A stretch of 64,000 bases of DNA from Lophium mytilinum (lineage: Eukaryota). The DNA lies in the NCBI GenBank assembly GCA_010093605.1, contig MU004193.1, positions 1,247,520 to 1,311,519 of the forward strand, read 5' to 3'. A program made the position numbers and the translations under genes. Positions 1-13,830 of the stretch are shown here, in pieces; position 1 is the first letter of the stretch; the number at the start of each line of letters is the position of its first letter. Below the pieces are notes generated by a model that ran no database searches, was not told where the DNA came from, and saw nothing but the letters and a program-made list of their open reading frames with translations.

Positions 1-773
1 CGCTGCTAGATGCTTAATGCATGCTTCTCGATGAAGCGGAACGGGCCACGGATGCACACTTCTGTGGACAGAATGGTGTTTTCGGGCCAGGGCAGAGAGT
101 CGAGCTGGCTCGAGTCAAATTGACTATCTCTGCAATAGATTGGACCTTATGTTTCTTTCGTTCTGACCATTCGGACGGCTGGTTGAAGTCGTGTGGTAGT
201 TTGAGGATGATACTTTCTCTCTCTTGTTGGAAAAGTGGTATCTTTGAATGAACGGCCTGGATGCTTTCATCTACCATGATGTATACTAGTCTAGTCTGAT
301 ACCCCCTGCGAGAAATGTTATATGTCTTAGAGAACAATCAATTGCCTCATCTGTGCGCGTTGCAACTTTCCCGTGTTTGACGGTGGTGACTTTTGAATGA
401 TGATCTTACTATCGCGGGGAGGATAGGATCACGAGGAGCCGCATAGCCCTACGGCTTAAGGAGTGGGGGTGGGGTATTTCGAATTTTCGATGCCTGAATT
501 GAAGGTTGTAGAAGGAGGAAAGACCATTTCAAGGCCGAGCTTCACGTTCCTCGAACACTCTTTCTTCGTTCGTCGTTTCCACCCTTGACACCTACAACAC
601 CATCCATTCCGACTCCGACTGCCAGCTTTCGGAGTGCTCCCGCTGGAACACCTTCGTTACTCCGATCATCAGGCTCCACAACGGTACAAACAGTACATAA
701 GGCCGAACAAACGCATCATGTCGAGCCCCACACATACCTACGCAACGTCCCTCATCTCCTACAACCACCCACC

Positions 774-2333
774 ATGACAAACACAGGCTCTACGGACCAT
801 GTCCGTTCAACTTTACCAACGCCAGTGTCCACAGCATCTTTTTGGCATAGCGAGCCCTCCGAGTTCCTTTTGGGACATAGATCGACCGATGGCCTCCCAG
901 CGTCGGCAGACATTGTTATCGTAGGAAGCGGCATAACAGGATCATCCATCGCAAGATTTCTCGCAGAAGATGAACGGGCAAAGGGCAAGAGTATCGTTAT
1001 GTTAGAGGCGAGAGAGGCATGCTGGGGTGCTACTGGAAGGGTGAGTTTGCCGTACACTCTGTGTTAAACAAGATGAAGCATGAGCAACCACTTTGGCCAA
1101 TACATGGAACACTTGCTGATTTGCGACAACGTATCACAGAACGGAGGCCATTGCCAGCCACTCCTTTTCGACCGCGGCCCCGATGTCGCCGCCTTCGAGC
1201 TCAAAAACGTTCACGCCGTTCAATCCTACATCGAAGCTCACAATATCTCATGTGAATGGCGCAGCGTATCTGGATGCCGTACATTTTGGAAAGAAGACCT
1301 GATCCAAGAAGCCGAAGACGCAATCAAAGAGCTCAGATCAGCAGCCCCAGACATCGGTAAAATGGTCACAATAATCAAAGACGCCGCCGAACTTGCCAAA
1401 CACCGCGTGCACCCCTCCTGCACCGGCGCAACCATCAGCGAAGGCGCTGCAAGCCTCTGGCCCTATAAATACGTCACCTTCATCCTCGAGAAACTCGTGA
1501 AAGCAGGCATCTTGAACCTCCAAACCACCACCCCCGTCACCTCCATCACCTCCACCCCTTCCACCTTCGCATCAAACAACAACCCCCCAAAGCCCCTATA
1601 CACCCTGCACACCCCCCGCGGTCCTATCTCTACAACTACCCTCCTCCTGGCCACGAATGGCTACACCTCCGCCCTCCTCCCCTCCTTCGCCGACCTCATC
1701 GTCCCCGTCCGCGGCACCATGTCCGCGCTCCTCCCCCCGCCCGCCGCCTCCCTCCTCCCAAACTCCTACGGCATGGTCGGCGCCCTCGACCAGCCCAAGA
1801 CCGCCGACGACTACCTCATCCAGCGGCCCTTCGCCGGCGTCCCGAACCCCGCCGGCCACTACATGTTCGGCGGCGGGCGGGGTGCTAGTTCGCTGCCTTG
1901 CATCGGCGTCAGCGACGACTCGGTTCTCGATACCGGCGCTGCTGCGTACCTCCGCACTGCACTACCCCGCATCCTGGATCTTGGGCTGGGTAGTAAGCCT
2001 GGTGATGAGCTCGAGGCGGTGCAGCAGTGGACGGGGATTATGGGGTACTCGCGCGACGATCATCCGTGGGTCGGCGCGGTGCCGGATATGCCGGGGGTGT
2101 GGCTGGCCGGGGGATACACGGGGCATGGGATGCCGAATGGGAGTTTGTGCGGGAAGGCGGTGGTTGGGATGGCGTTGGCGGCGCTGGAGGGGAAGGGCGA
2201 GGGGGTTGGGGAAGCGATGGTGGAGAGGGGGGAGATGCCGCGGGCGTATTTGATTAGCAAGGAGAGGATTGAGCGGACGAGGAGGCTGCCGACGGTTGAG
2301 GTGCAAGATTTGGAAGGGGGCTTTAGGGTGTAA
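774..2333 (+). CDS. FAD-dependent oxidoreductase (DAO/glycine oxidase-like family); exons 774-1040, 1140-2333
   Basis: Dinucleotide-binding motif IVIVGSGITG. Splicing the GTGAGT...CAG intron restores GATGRNGGH. C-terminal WTGIMGYSRD and GYTGHGM motifs. Confidence 0.9.
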
Positions 2334-3162
2334 AGGGTATGTAAAATGTTGTGATGGGTTGTAGAGTGTAGATGGTGGACAGAGAGGGACGCTTTGGGGC
2401 CTAGAAAGTGGTTTTGTCGGTACATCTGGAAGGTCTTCGCACAGCGCGCCCTATGTGTCATGATTCTCCTGCGTGGTCTTCCTAGACTCACGTTTTAGAA
2501 ACACCAAAAGGCGTGCTGGCTGGGATAGAGCGTCCATAGCGTATATGAGTGGAAAGAGGCACATGAATAGCTCAAACAATACAGTCAATGTACTCTCTAA
2601 CATGGAATATAGTTCCCTAAATCCACAGCGATTCGTCAATTCATCTAAACGCATGATCAAAGGGCGTACAGCTACCCTTCTTGGTCAAGTACTCTGCCAC
2701 TAGCTTGCTCCAAAGTCACAAAAATCTAACAGAATCCGTCCTCCAAGTCCCCCAACGCAGCCCCCAGCCCCCCACAACCTATATCTAGCTCATATTACCG
2801 CACGACGCTGTTGCAGCTTGGATTGGGGCTTATGTGGCTTAGTCATACGAGGCTGATGGCGGGGCATCTTTACAGCTATAAGAAGCATGACTGCCGTTGC
2901 TTAAAGCTGTCGTACGGTTCGATATTTCATCTCTCTCATTCCAGAGTCTCACATCCATTGAAAGGAACCAGTAAACTTTTGTGTACCCCGAGAGACCAGA
3001 ATACAATAGCTCTATTAGGGTACGTCTAAGACCAAAATACCTCTCCACCCCTCAATCTCCCCTTCTCATCATCAATCAACACGCATTCTCAGCGCATTGC
3101 CCCTAGTCTCAACCCCCCTCCCAGCCTCACCTCTATAAAACCCCAACATCCCCACCCCAGCC

Positions 3163-3883
3163 ATGACCACCCCCCTCCCCAAATCCTACGGCCTCCTCCT
3201 CTTCCCCGGCTTCCAAGCCCTCGACGCCTTCGGCCCCCTTGACGTCCTCAACATCCTCTCCGTCACCCACCCCCTCTCTTTGTCCATCATCGCCTCCACC
3301 CTATCGCCCGTGCCCACCAACAACCCCGTCAACGGCAAGCTCTCCCCCAACTTCGGCCAGTCCGTTGTGCCGACGCACACGTTCGCGGACCCCCCCGCGG
3401 ATCTGGAGGTGCTGATCGTGCCGGGCGGAATGGGGCTGCGGAACCCGGCGGTAGTCGAGGAACTCGCGCAGTTCCTGAAGGGGGCGTATCCCAAGCTGCG
3501 GTACGTGTTGACGGTGTGCACGGGGAGCGTGCCGTTGGCAGCGAGCGGGGTGTTGGAGAGGCGGAAGGCGACGACGAATAAGAAGGCGTGGGTTTGGGTG
3601 AGTCCGCTTCTTTTCGTGAGCAAGGAGGTGGTGTGTGCTAACGTGATGCCAGGCGACGTCGCCGTATGCGAATGTGGACTGGGTCCACAAGGCGCGGTGG
3701 GTGGTGGATGGGAATGTGTGGACGGGGTCGGGCGTGTCGGCAGGGATTGATCTGGTGCTTGCGTTTGTGGAGGAGGTGTATGGCGCGGAGAAGGCGAAGG
3801 AGCTGGCGATTGGGATTGAGTATGATAGGCATGAGGATCCGAGTTATGATCCGTTTGCGGATATATGGAAAATCACGGAGTGA
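3163..3883 (+). CDS. DJ-1/PfpI family protein, one intron (~3599-3652)
   Basis: LLLFPGFQALDAFGPLD, LIVPGGMG, VCTGS nucleophile, ATTNKKAW, and RWVVDGNVWTGSGVSAGID in exon 2. Confidence 0.9.
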
Positions 3884-3945
3884 GTCCGGGACATTTCGTA
3901 GTTATAGTCTCCTTGATAGGAAACGGTTCCACAATGTTCGAAATT

Positions 3946-6900
3946 TCAGCCGTAACTGACTACGCTTTGGCCTCCGACCTTGACGGATGATACCGTGGAG
4001 ATTCCTGGGAGTTCCCAACTGGTCAAGACGGATGGGAGTTCTGCCATTTGCGGAATGGGTTCGATGCTTGGGAGCTCTGCTGGTGGTGCTGGCTCGTCTT
4101 CCAGAGTATTTTCCACTCGTTGGTTGGTCCATTTGTGCCGTATCAATTTACCGTTCATATCAATTGCAAATACAAATAATCCCTCGGGGGACTCGAGAAA
4201 CCGCAGCGATGTGGGCGATGCCTTCTCTTGAGTTGATAGTTGGGCGACACATTGCTCATCTACGTCCCTCTTACAGTCGAGACCACCCTTTACAGCACCA
4301 GTCAGGCTGAGGATCTTGATCTTGCCGCCCTCTTCAAGCACAGCTACCAAGCCGCCATTCGTGGTTACTGTCCCCACGAGATACTTGGCACGTAAGCTAG
4401 TGAGGTCATGTTCTAGATCCGGCGGCATGATGACTGGACATGGCGCTACGGGACTGATGTATGACCACTCCCCTCGGCCATTATTGGCGGCTCGCTCGAA
4501 TGATGGCGAAGTCGTTGTAAGGACGTAAGGTCGCCTTGAAGGAGCAAAGAATAAGGTTGCGGACGTCACGCCATGAGAGACCATAGACTAAGTACAATTA
4601 GCTGTTCTGAAATAGAGAAAAATACGCAGAGACTGAAAAATGAAGCCGCATGGTGATCGGGGAAGATAATAGCGCAGTTCACCTACTTTGGTGTACTCTC
4701 TTTCAATTCTAAAAGGATGACCCTTCGGTTGGCCGTTGCTTGATAGCCGCCATACGAGCACCACGTTGTTGTTTGTGATACAGACTAACTTGCTTTTGTC
4801 AGGACTGAAGCTTACGCCTTTGAGAAGGCCGCCCGCGAGAGGGTCCGGTCGGCTTCGATAAAACCTCTCCAGCTTAGGCTCAAGCCTTCTGCGGTTGTTG
4901 TGTTTCTTGAAATGGAAAAGCTTGATGTCGCCAACGAAACCATTGACGCCACGGACAATGCCGCCACCAACGGCAATCCACACTTGATCTTTACCCTCAT
5001 GAATGGCAAGGCAGCTCGGCTCCCACCGGTGTCCCCCAGCTTCTTGCTCGGACAGCTGGCATTGTCCGACAGGGTGTGTAGAGTTTGGAAGGTTAAGGTG
5101 ATGGTACTCATGGACTTCTAGGCCGCGGTCATTGGTGAAGGCGAGGAAACAATTTGATAGTACTGCATCCTTCATATAGCTTTGAGGTCGAATCAACTCT
5201 AGTCCGGCCTGCAACTTCTTACCATGGGATAAATACCGCGTATCGTAAAGTATAACGCGGTCGTCGCTTTGGAGAAATGCAGCTTCGCAATTTGGTGAAA
5301 GTCCGGAGTTGATACAAGTCACTCGAGAAGACTTCAAAAATTTACGCGCTTTTTCCCGAGGTATTTGCAGTTCGACTAATACGGTCTCAACATTTGATGA
5401 TCGCTGCATAGATTCGATGCCGTGTTCGTTCCATCCATCGCGCCGGATACGATACTTAGGGCCTTCTTCGGACACAAGACTCCCCGACGACGATAAAGCT
5501 TGAGAGTGGCGTCGATCTCTGACATACTGGCCCCTTTCCTGGAGGATGCAATGGCTGATGGCTTGGACTTCGGCTCGGAGCTGCTGTGCTGGCTGTTGCA
5601 CGTGACTGCGACGAGGATGTGAAGCCGCCGTGAGTATATCTCTTGAGCAGTCGTCATGGTTGCTTGCGTTGATTAGAAGCACCTCTATCTTTACCAAAGT
5701 TAGCGTATCGATGCTTTGATGAGAGTAAATTAAGTAGGAAATGATGGATAGACATGTAATATGCTCGCTCAATTACAAGACGATGTACTTACTGCCTTCC
5801 AGCGAAGCCTTCGCTCGTCCGCAATTGCGACTGTACGGCCCATGAGAGTCCAAAACGGTTGCGGGAGGTCTCCGACCTCAAGGACCTCGCTCAGCTGTCG
5901 AGCACATTCTAAGATACCACAAAGATAGGTGGTGATATCGAGCGCAGCAAAGGTAGCCATTGGGGTGAGAGAACTAGGAGATTGAGGTGATAAAACCATA
6001 TCAAGCTCATCAGTGATTACTTGTGAAGCTTTTTCCAAGACCATTTTAGCAAAGTTCTGCACCCCTTGAAGCATTGGAGGTGGTTGTCGACGCCCTGATG
6101 GCCGTATGTTGGAGCCTAGGGTGACGGTAGAAAGTAGATGCAAAGCAACGGTCAGTCGGGTAAGCTCTTGAACGGTGGCGAGAATCTGGAACTTGTCGGA
6201 TAATTGGCGCCAGAACTCAGACAGGCGTCGCTCAATCTCTTGGAAGCATCCTGCTGTTTGTGCCCTTAAGCGGTGTTCAGAGTCCTGCTTTCTGTGAGTG
6301 AACATTCCAACGGAGATCGCTCGCAACGTACGGTAGGGACGGCTTGAAAAGCAAACGAGATCCACTGTCGTAACGGATCTACGATGGAAGCCGGCAGCGG
6401 CGACGCAACTAACTGATCAAAGTCAAGTGCAACTCGGAGTAAATACGACGTCTGCGAAATACGGAAGTTGTCCACAGTGAGCGGCTGGTGGATGATGCGG
6501 AGTCCTTGCTGGAGCTCGTCGTCGAAACGGCGAAGTAGATGTTGGCGCTGGGTATCGGGAAGCTGTTGAGAGCCTTGGACGTGGAGTAGACTCAGAACAG
6601 AGAGGAGAACTCGAAGGAGTAGCACGATCTCCAGACGAGTAGGCCCAGAGACACGCTCGACCAAGCACTCGACGACCTGGCCAAGCAGTGTTTGCAGCCG
6701 CGTTTGCAGCCATGTGTCGACGCTGTTCCGGTGGACACTTCCAACGCGCAGGAGAGTCTGTGGCTGTCCATATTCAAGGCAGAGGTATTCGTGGTTTAGA
6801 ACTTGTTGGAGCTCGTTCAGTGTCTGGCGGTCGAAGCTTCTTGAAGCAAGGGCGTCTCGGCGTGACTCGAGGACCTGTCGCCGGACCGCAACATCCTCTA

Positions 6901-6964
6901 TCATCCAGCCTCTATACCACTCAACATTCTGTTCGAGGCAGCGCTCTCGCTGATTGAGAGCCAT
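3946..6964 (-). CDS. Hypothetical ~900 aa protein, helical N-terminus and probable beta-propeller (WD40-like) C-terminus; 4 exons
   Basis: Four long minus-strand ORFs joined by GT-AG introns (donors ~6330, ~5793, ~4684). WD-like segment GVSFSPDKSKLVCITNNNVVLVWRL. Confidence 0.65.
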
Positions 6965-7557
6965 TTTGACAACGACAAGAGAGATAGGAAGGTCAGAACA
7001 CGAAAGCCGACGCTCCGCGAGCCCTGCAGGCTCTTTTGTTGGATTTCAGCAGCAGGCTGTCTTCGACGGCCTCCACGCGTCTCGATATCGATTGCTCCAG
7101 CCTCTAGTGAGGGCTGAGACTGCTCGCCTGCCTCTGGTCGGCCGACATGCCCTCCGTATTAATTGGGGCGAAGCAGATGGTTTTGGTCCCCCGCATGCAA
7201 GCCACAGCGCGTCCTCCCCACGCCCGGAGGCGGGATCCCAGTCTACTGATAGGCCCTATCAACAGAAAAGAGATGCCGGTGACCAGGCTGGGACCAATAT
7301 ACCGAAGCCACCGAGGCGCATTCCACGACAGCTCATCGCTTGTGGCGCCATAGCCTCGTTGCTTGACCGGCGTTTTTCAGCCTTGTCGCTTCATACGGTC
7401 ACTTGAGGACATTTCTAGCGCGTTTGATCATGCCGGCGAGACTCGTCTCTCAGCCTTTTCCTTTGGTTCAAATACCTTGTTGATTCCCTATCTATCGGGC
7501 CAACTCGCATCTTTTCAACGGCCTCGTGACCGTCTACCGAGCAACGTTACTTTTACC

Positions 7558-9790
7558 ATGGCCGATACCCTGATGCGGAATGAACACTCTCAGAGCTCCA
7601 TCGAATTATCTCTGCACGGGAAGTCAGGAAGTGTAGTTCAGTCTGGCGTTCATGATGCCGATTTCGACTCGGTACACAGCGACAATGGTTGGTTCGAGAA
7701 TGTAGCTCATTGGATCTTCCACAATGACCATCTCGATCGAGTACTTGAAAAGCATCACATAACAAGCATCGCGATTTCCGGCACTATTGGAATCGGGCTG
7801 TTCATCACGTCTGGCGAGCTTATTGCCGTGTCGGGCTCTGCTGGATGTGTTCTGGGTTATGCCATTGCAAGCCTTATCGTTGTTGGTGGTGAGTAGCCTT
7901 GAGAAAACTTTGTATGGCCATAGCTAACATATATCCAGTCTACCGATGTCTAGCAGAGCTCGTCAGTGTAAGACCGCTATCAGGAGCACTCATTGATTAT
8001 CCTCATACCTTTGTAAGCGGTTCGATGCTCTGCATGCTTCCAATCACTAATAGGCCATCCCAGGTTGACCCTGCCTTGGGCTTTGCGGTGGCCGTTACCT
8101 ACTGCCTCGCTCAATGCTTGAGTATGGCTGCCCTGACTTCAGGAGCAGCACGGGTCGCCGACAATTTTGGTCCCTCTGGAAGCCCACCTCTGGACAAAGG
8201 CAAGAAGACTGGTATTGTGATCGGACTCGTCACTCTTACTCTCTTCTCCAACATCTGTGGTGTCAAGACCTATGGCCGGATTGAGCGAATAGTCAAGTGG
8301 TTCAAGATGCTCCTCATCCTAGCGCTGTGCATCTTGATGATAGTCATAAATCTTGGAGTCGGAGGAGCGAGAATGAAGCCTACCGTGGGCAACTACAGCT
8401 CCGAGTATGCATTCACGCCCTATTTCAATCCGGCAGGCTTCAACGATACAACCGCTCATACTCCTCCGATCGGCAATACTCAGGGTATTCCTGGAGGCGG
8501 CGGACGCTTTCTGGCAGTCTGGTTAGTCATGTTGCTCTTTTCGCCACACCTTCCGCTAATCGTCTTTCCCAGGACATCCGTGACTGTTGGCATGTTTGCG
8601 TGCATGGTAAGCAGTCACTCTAGTACTAGTTTTACAACCCTTGCTAACGAATATCTTAGGGCGGTGACATCGTCGTGGTGACTGCAGGAGAGGCCCGCAG
8701 ACCTCGAAAAGACCTGCCTCCTGCGACGCGATTTATGTATTGGGTCCCATTGGGACTGTACTTCATCGCGTCTCTTCTCGTAGGATTCAACATCAACTAT
8801 ACTGATCGCGACCTCTTCCGGATATACTCCCTCGAGAACACAATTACATCTCACTCGCCATTCATCATCGTTGTCAAATCGACGGCTATCAAAGCCCTAC
8901 CGGACATTCTGAATGCTTGCTTCTTGGTATCAGGCTACACTGCCGCTAATACCGCACTGTATGTGTCGAGTCGTACCCTCTTTGCGACTGCGCAACTCTA
9001 CGGCAACACCTTCATAAAATCCACGCTCGGCAAAACCAACAACGGTCACACACCCATTGCAGCAATCATATTCTGCTCGTCCTTCGGGTTTCTTGCATTG
9101 CTGGGACTAGCAGACACTTCTTACAACCAACCCATTTTATCCCTATCTGCGTTCTTCACTGGAGCCGTCGCCTGCGTCTACGCTAGTGAATGCATCGCCT
9201 TCCTCCGGTTCAAAGCAGGGTAAGCACCCTATCGCATTTGCCACTCACTAGATACTAACATTGACAGTCTTGACCTCCTCCACCAACGCCAAGTCTACTC
9301 CCGAGACCGCCCACCGTACACCACAAAGCACTATCGCGCCCACTGGCAGCCCTGGTGGGCATATGTCGGCCTTATGGGCTCCTGCCTGATCGTCTTCTTC
9401 TCCGGGTGGCCCGCAATCTATATCCTGCATTCTCGTCACCACTTGGCAGCGGACAAGCAACTAAAAACCAATGTCCAACTTGCAGCAGACCTGATCGGAG
9501 CTTATGCAGGTCCTATCGTGTTTTTGACCCTCTATCTTGGGTGGAAGTTCTGGCATGGAACGAAGCTCCGCCCCATTTCTTCCCTGGGCGTTCCACTGTA
9601 CGTCTTGCAAGAGACATTTCCAGGTGATGAGGAGCCCGATGCGAGCGGGCGCCTCCCAGACGCTGAGAACCTACGGAGGAGAGGCGCCGCGAGAAGAGTG
9701 CCGGGTCAGCCTGGGCCGTATGTGCAGCGTGAGCCTACTGTCCAACGAATGAAGTGGTGGTTGCGGGAGGCTTGGGGATTGATGAAGTAG
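7558..9790 (+). CDS. Amino acid permease (APC/YAT family), multi-exon
   Basis: HHITSIAISGTIGIGLF TM1 motif, VDPALGFAV, TAGEARRPRKDLP, SPFIIVV, ANTALYVSSRTLF; many hydrophobic helices. Confidence 0.9.
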
Positions 9791-10515
9791 GAGCATGTCT
9801 AGGCTATGACTGATGAATGGCTCTGTAAAATCACTTGCAATGTGCAAAGACTCGTTTCTTGATTTATCCTGATCTTTCTTTTGTGGAGTTGACACTAAAC
9901 TTATTGTCGTGGAGATCACGCTCATCACGGGAGTAGTACTCATTCACATGTCATACTTCTTGTCTTTCCCTCTCCTCCGGAGATCTCATGTTGTTCTGGG
10001 CCTAGGAAAATTACTCATTGCGCGATTCGTTGGGCAATCCAAATGTCACCAGTGAACCTCAGACTTCGTTTTCCATCATGTATACTCAAATTCAGTGATG
10101 CGGTTTGTACTGCACCGAAGCCCGAGCCTAGTGATATGCCGAAAAAAGGATCAACACACTAGCAGCACCTGTAATCCGGGAGACCACCTGAGTGGTCCAT
10201 ATGTAAACTTGGTTCCTGACTTAAGTGCATTCCGCCAATAAAAAAAACAAGAGCGGCTAGCCCTAACCCGTCATAGAATAGTAAGTAGAATATGTGGGGT
10301 ACTGAGGGGTATTTCAGAAAGCAACATGACGTTTCGTAAATGCGAATCACAGCAAGCCAATTGACAATCGTTTAACGAGATAGCTTGCTTCAACATTTGC
10401 CGACGTCGAGCTACTCGGCGTCCTTGATTCAGTGTTAATGAAACTACGAGGCTTCTCGAGCTGTCCTCATGTCTCTATCCTCTCTTCACAATACCTACAC
10501 CACCTAGCCTCAACT

Positions 10516-11598
10516 ATGTCAAACATCATCCCCATCGACCTCCTCGCGCTCTCCACGAACCTCAATTACCTTTCTTCCTTCCCCGCCTTCAACACCGCCG
10601 AGCCTGCCATCTCTCTTCTTGCATACAACAGCACCTTTGCCACCAACATCCTAGGAGAAAATGCGAAAGCACGGCAATTGTACGACTTACCATGGCAGGC
10701 CTTCCACGAAATGGGAACCTACCACAAAGCTACGAACTCGATCTACATCACCTCTAACTGGAACGGCTCGCTGGAGAACCCTATTAACGTCACAGTGCTC
10801 AGTCTGGACGATTACGCGCTCAGCTCTACGCATTACGCAAACCTATACGAAGCAAATGGGGGCACAGGATACTACCCTCCCGGTTCGTCGAATAGCACCA
10901 CGCCGCCAAAACTTTTGTTTTGCGACGAGGGCGACTTCGAGCATCCCTCCGGCCTCGTAGCGGTAGATCCAGTCACGAACACATCAGAAGTGATCCTGAA
11001 CAACTTTCTCGGCCGGAACTTCTCCTCGTTGAACGATGTGCGCCAACATCCCGAGACGGGGGATCTGTGGTTCACGGACGCGGATTACGGGTTCTTCCAA
11101 TCTTTCAGACCGGCGCCAACGATCCCAAAGCAGGTGTATCGCTTCGAGCCGTCCACGGGCGTGATCCAGGTTGTGGCAGACGGCTTTGATCAGCCGAATG
11201 GATTGGAGTTCTCCCCGGATCTGAAGACGCTCTATGTCACGGACACCGGTGCGCAGCATGTTAGCAAGAATCTCACGCGGCCTGCGACGATTTATGCGTT
11301 CGATGTTGTCGAGAAAGTGAGGCTTGGGAACCGGAGGACCTTTGCGTATCCGGATAATGGGTTCCCGGATGGGATACATGCTGATACTGATGGTAACGTG
11401 TGGGCAAATTGCGGAGATGGGGTTCATGTTTGGAGTCCGCAGGGGATTCTACTTGGGAAGATCTTTGTAGGGGCGCAGAGTAATAATATGGCATTTCTCC
11501 CGGGTGGGGTGCTGGTGTTTAGTAATTCACAGCTTTGGATTGTAGAGAATATCCGGGCAGAAGGGAGGGAGATATGTCGGGATTTTGGTCGTTGTTGA
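10516..11598 (+). CDS. SMP-30/gluconolactonase (six-bladed beta-propeller lactonohydrolase)
   Basis: FSSLNDV, LWFTDADYG, VYRFEP, FDQPNGLEFSPD, GFPDGIHADTDGNVW motifs. Confidence 0.9.
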   Translation: MSNIIPIDLLALSTNLNYLSSFPAFNTAEPAISLLAYNSTFATNILGENAKARQLYDLPWQAFHEMGTYHKATNSIYITSNWNGSLENPINVTVLSLDDYALSSTHYANLYEANGGTGYYPPGSSNSTTPPKLLFCDEGDFEHPSGLVAVDPVTNTSEVILNNFLGRNFSSLNDVRQHPETGDLWFTDADYGFFQSFRPAPTIPKQVYRFEPSTGVIQVVADGFDQPNGLEFSPDLKTLYVTDTGAQHVSKNLTRPATIYAFDVVEKVRLGNRRTFAYPDNGFPDGIHADTDGNVWANCGDGVHVWSPQGILLGKIFVGAQSNNMAFLPGGVLVFSNSQLWIVENIRAEGREICRDFGRC

Positions 11599-11685
11599 TT
11601 GCTATGCCAACGATAAATACAGTACAAAATCGTACATACTACCTATATAATTTGGTATGCCGCTTCGCCCTCATTAGACCTCCTT

Positions 11686-13830
11686 CTATCTCCAGCGTTC
11701 AGGAACTTCCCTCCGAAATTGCAACTGCTGCAACCATTTTCCCATCTCCCCTCTTTTCAGTCTGCTAGCTCCTGACTTACTTGCCAGGTACAGAGCGTTC
11801 CCACAGTCAGTCTCGATCTTTCCATTTTTCAGAAGACCGTTGTCTTTCACACCTGCAAGGGAACACGTTAGTATGAAAGCAGTGGCATTGTCGCAGCAGT
11901 ATGAGCACCTACAGTCTTTACTGTCTGAAAACGCAGAGAAAACCGCCTCGCAGTCAAAATCGCAAGAGTCTTTGGTGTTCTCCCAAGTCAACGACCAAGT
12001 AAATCCAGCTTCAGAATCGGCCTCTTCCCAATAATCCTCGCCATTTGGACCTTTAATGTTTAGGCCGTCCTGCAGTTTCGCGTGATTTTTACACAGCTTC
12101 TTGATTTTCCTTGGGCAAGTTAGTAAGCTATCGTATAAAGAGTCAAGGAAAGACGACCCACTCTTCGAACTTTTCTGCGCCCACTTTGGAATCCTGCAAC
12201 GCACCGTCACACTTGGGCTCGAATTCCGGCACGTCAGCAAGTTTGATGAGCTGTTCTAGCCATTCATACTGCTTATCCATGTAGTCAGGTTTGACTAGAG
12301 TGATGTGAGGATAGTTGATCTTTCGGCAGTGGCACCCCTCATGTTCCGCCTGTACACTGGTGTCAGCAATTCCTCCTTCCTCCATGCATGGTCGCCGACT
12401 CACCACATTACAAAAGGCATTTCTTTCAAGAATCCCTTTACCCTCATCCTGCGCCTTGCAGTCGTCCGCAATACAAAGTATATCTTTTGGACACAAGAAG
12501 TCTTCCGGCTTCAGATCTTTCGTGAGTGCCGTCTGTGGCACCCAGATATTTAGCGCCATCTGACCCGCAGCCATGACCGCATGCAACACGATCGTGACCG
12601 CTAACGAGCTTCTTACGAGCATCGGAATTTCGAAAACTTCTGCTCCAGGTGGCGGCGCGGGAACTGCCTCATCTCCACGAAGGACGCGAACCACAGCAAC
12701 ACGGTAAGCAATGACGGCCATATTCATGTTTTCCAACATCAGATTCTGAATCGGAAACCCGATTTGCCCACCGGGCGCTGGCTGTGCCGGCATGTTCTGA
12801 GCCGCCAGCTGGATGAGCTCCTGCGGCGCGGCATTCTCGAGCTCGGGGATGATTTGGCTTAGCTGGCGTACACATTCTTCGAGGGCAGTGGATCGGACGC
12901 GGCTCTTTGGCGGCTTGTTTAAATCAAGACCTTTGCAGGCTTTTTGCGCGCTCGAGATACCCAACATGCCGAGAAGGTCTTGGATGCGGCGGGCGGAGTC
13001 GACGGGAATGTGATAGACGATGTCGCCGACTTTGCGCTCCCCGTCGTCCTTAGTGAGGGTCTCGAGCGTTATATATTGGCTAAATAAACATGTAAGAGAT
13101 GAGAGAAGGTGCATTAGCGAGACCTCTAACTCACGTAGCTGTCGGTGTCTGCGTCGGAACTGAAGGTATAGTGATAGTGTTGGGCGTTCCATCCTGCCCT
13201 TGTTGAACAGCAATCGTGCTCGAGGCTCCGATGTTATAGATCTGGTCCATGTCACCATACTCAAATTTGACCTCCTTCGGCGGCTCCGCCGTCCCCAGCC
13301 GGAAAATAACGAACAGTTCGGAGACTATGAGGCTAAGCAGGATGCCTACCAAGATAGCGCTCACCACGGCAAACCTCTTAGTATGGGTTTCGACATCCGT
13401 GTTGTGCAGAACTGGGACTAGAGCATTGCGGCATTCGTCATCGGGTTTGTCTTTGCAACTCTTGATCATTGTGTCTTGGATTCTTTTCCGGAGGTCTGGC
13501 CCGAATGCGACAGTGACGCCATCTTTGGGGAAGTCATCGTAGATGCCTGTAGGGTAGATCTGGAGCTTGTCGCCGGGTGGCTCCGGATTTGCAGCCTTGG
13601 ACAGATTGTTAGCGACCTCATGAAGGTTAGCGTAGATTGCATACTCTTTTGGGAAAGTATTGATTGCGGGGACCGAATGTAAACGTGGGCATGGCGGCAT
13701 TTTCGGCAGGGGTTCTGCCTTGTCGACGGTCAAGAGTCGTCAAGATGGGAGTTGGAGCGACGGATGGGACTGCAACTGCAGAAACCCTGTTGAATATTAA
13801 CGCAAGAAAGAGTGCTTTGCGTGGACGCAT
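11686..13830 (-). CDS. Secreted Cys-containing hypothetical protein with dibasic (Kex2) sites, multi-exon; 3' end approximate
   Basis: Signal-peptide-like MRPRKALFLALIFNRVSAVA. The intron GTATGC...GCTAAC...AAG joins FPKR to AANPEPP. LDRR/PKR/TKR sites; Cys-rich C-terminal part. Confidence 0.65.

Noticed and set aside
13590..13645. Apparent frameshift in the secreted protein gene
   Set aside because: Explained by a normal GTATGC...GCTAAC...AAG intron.
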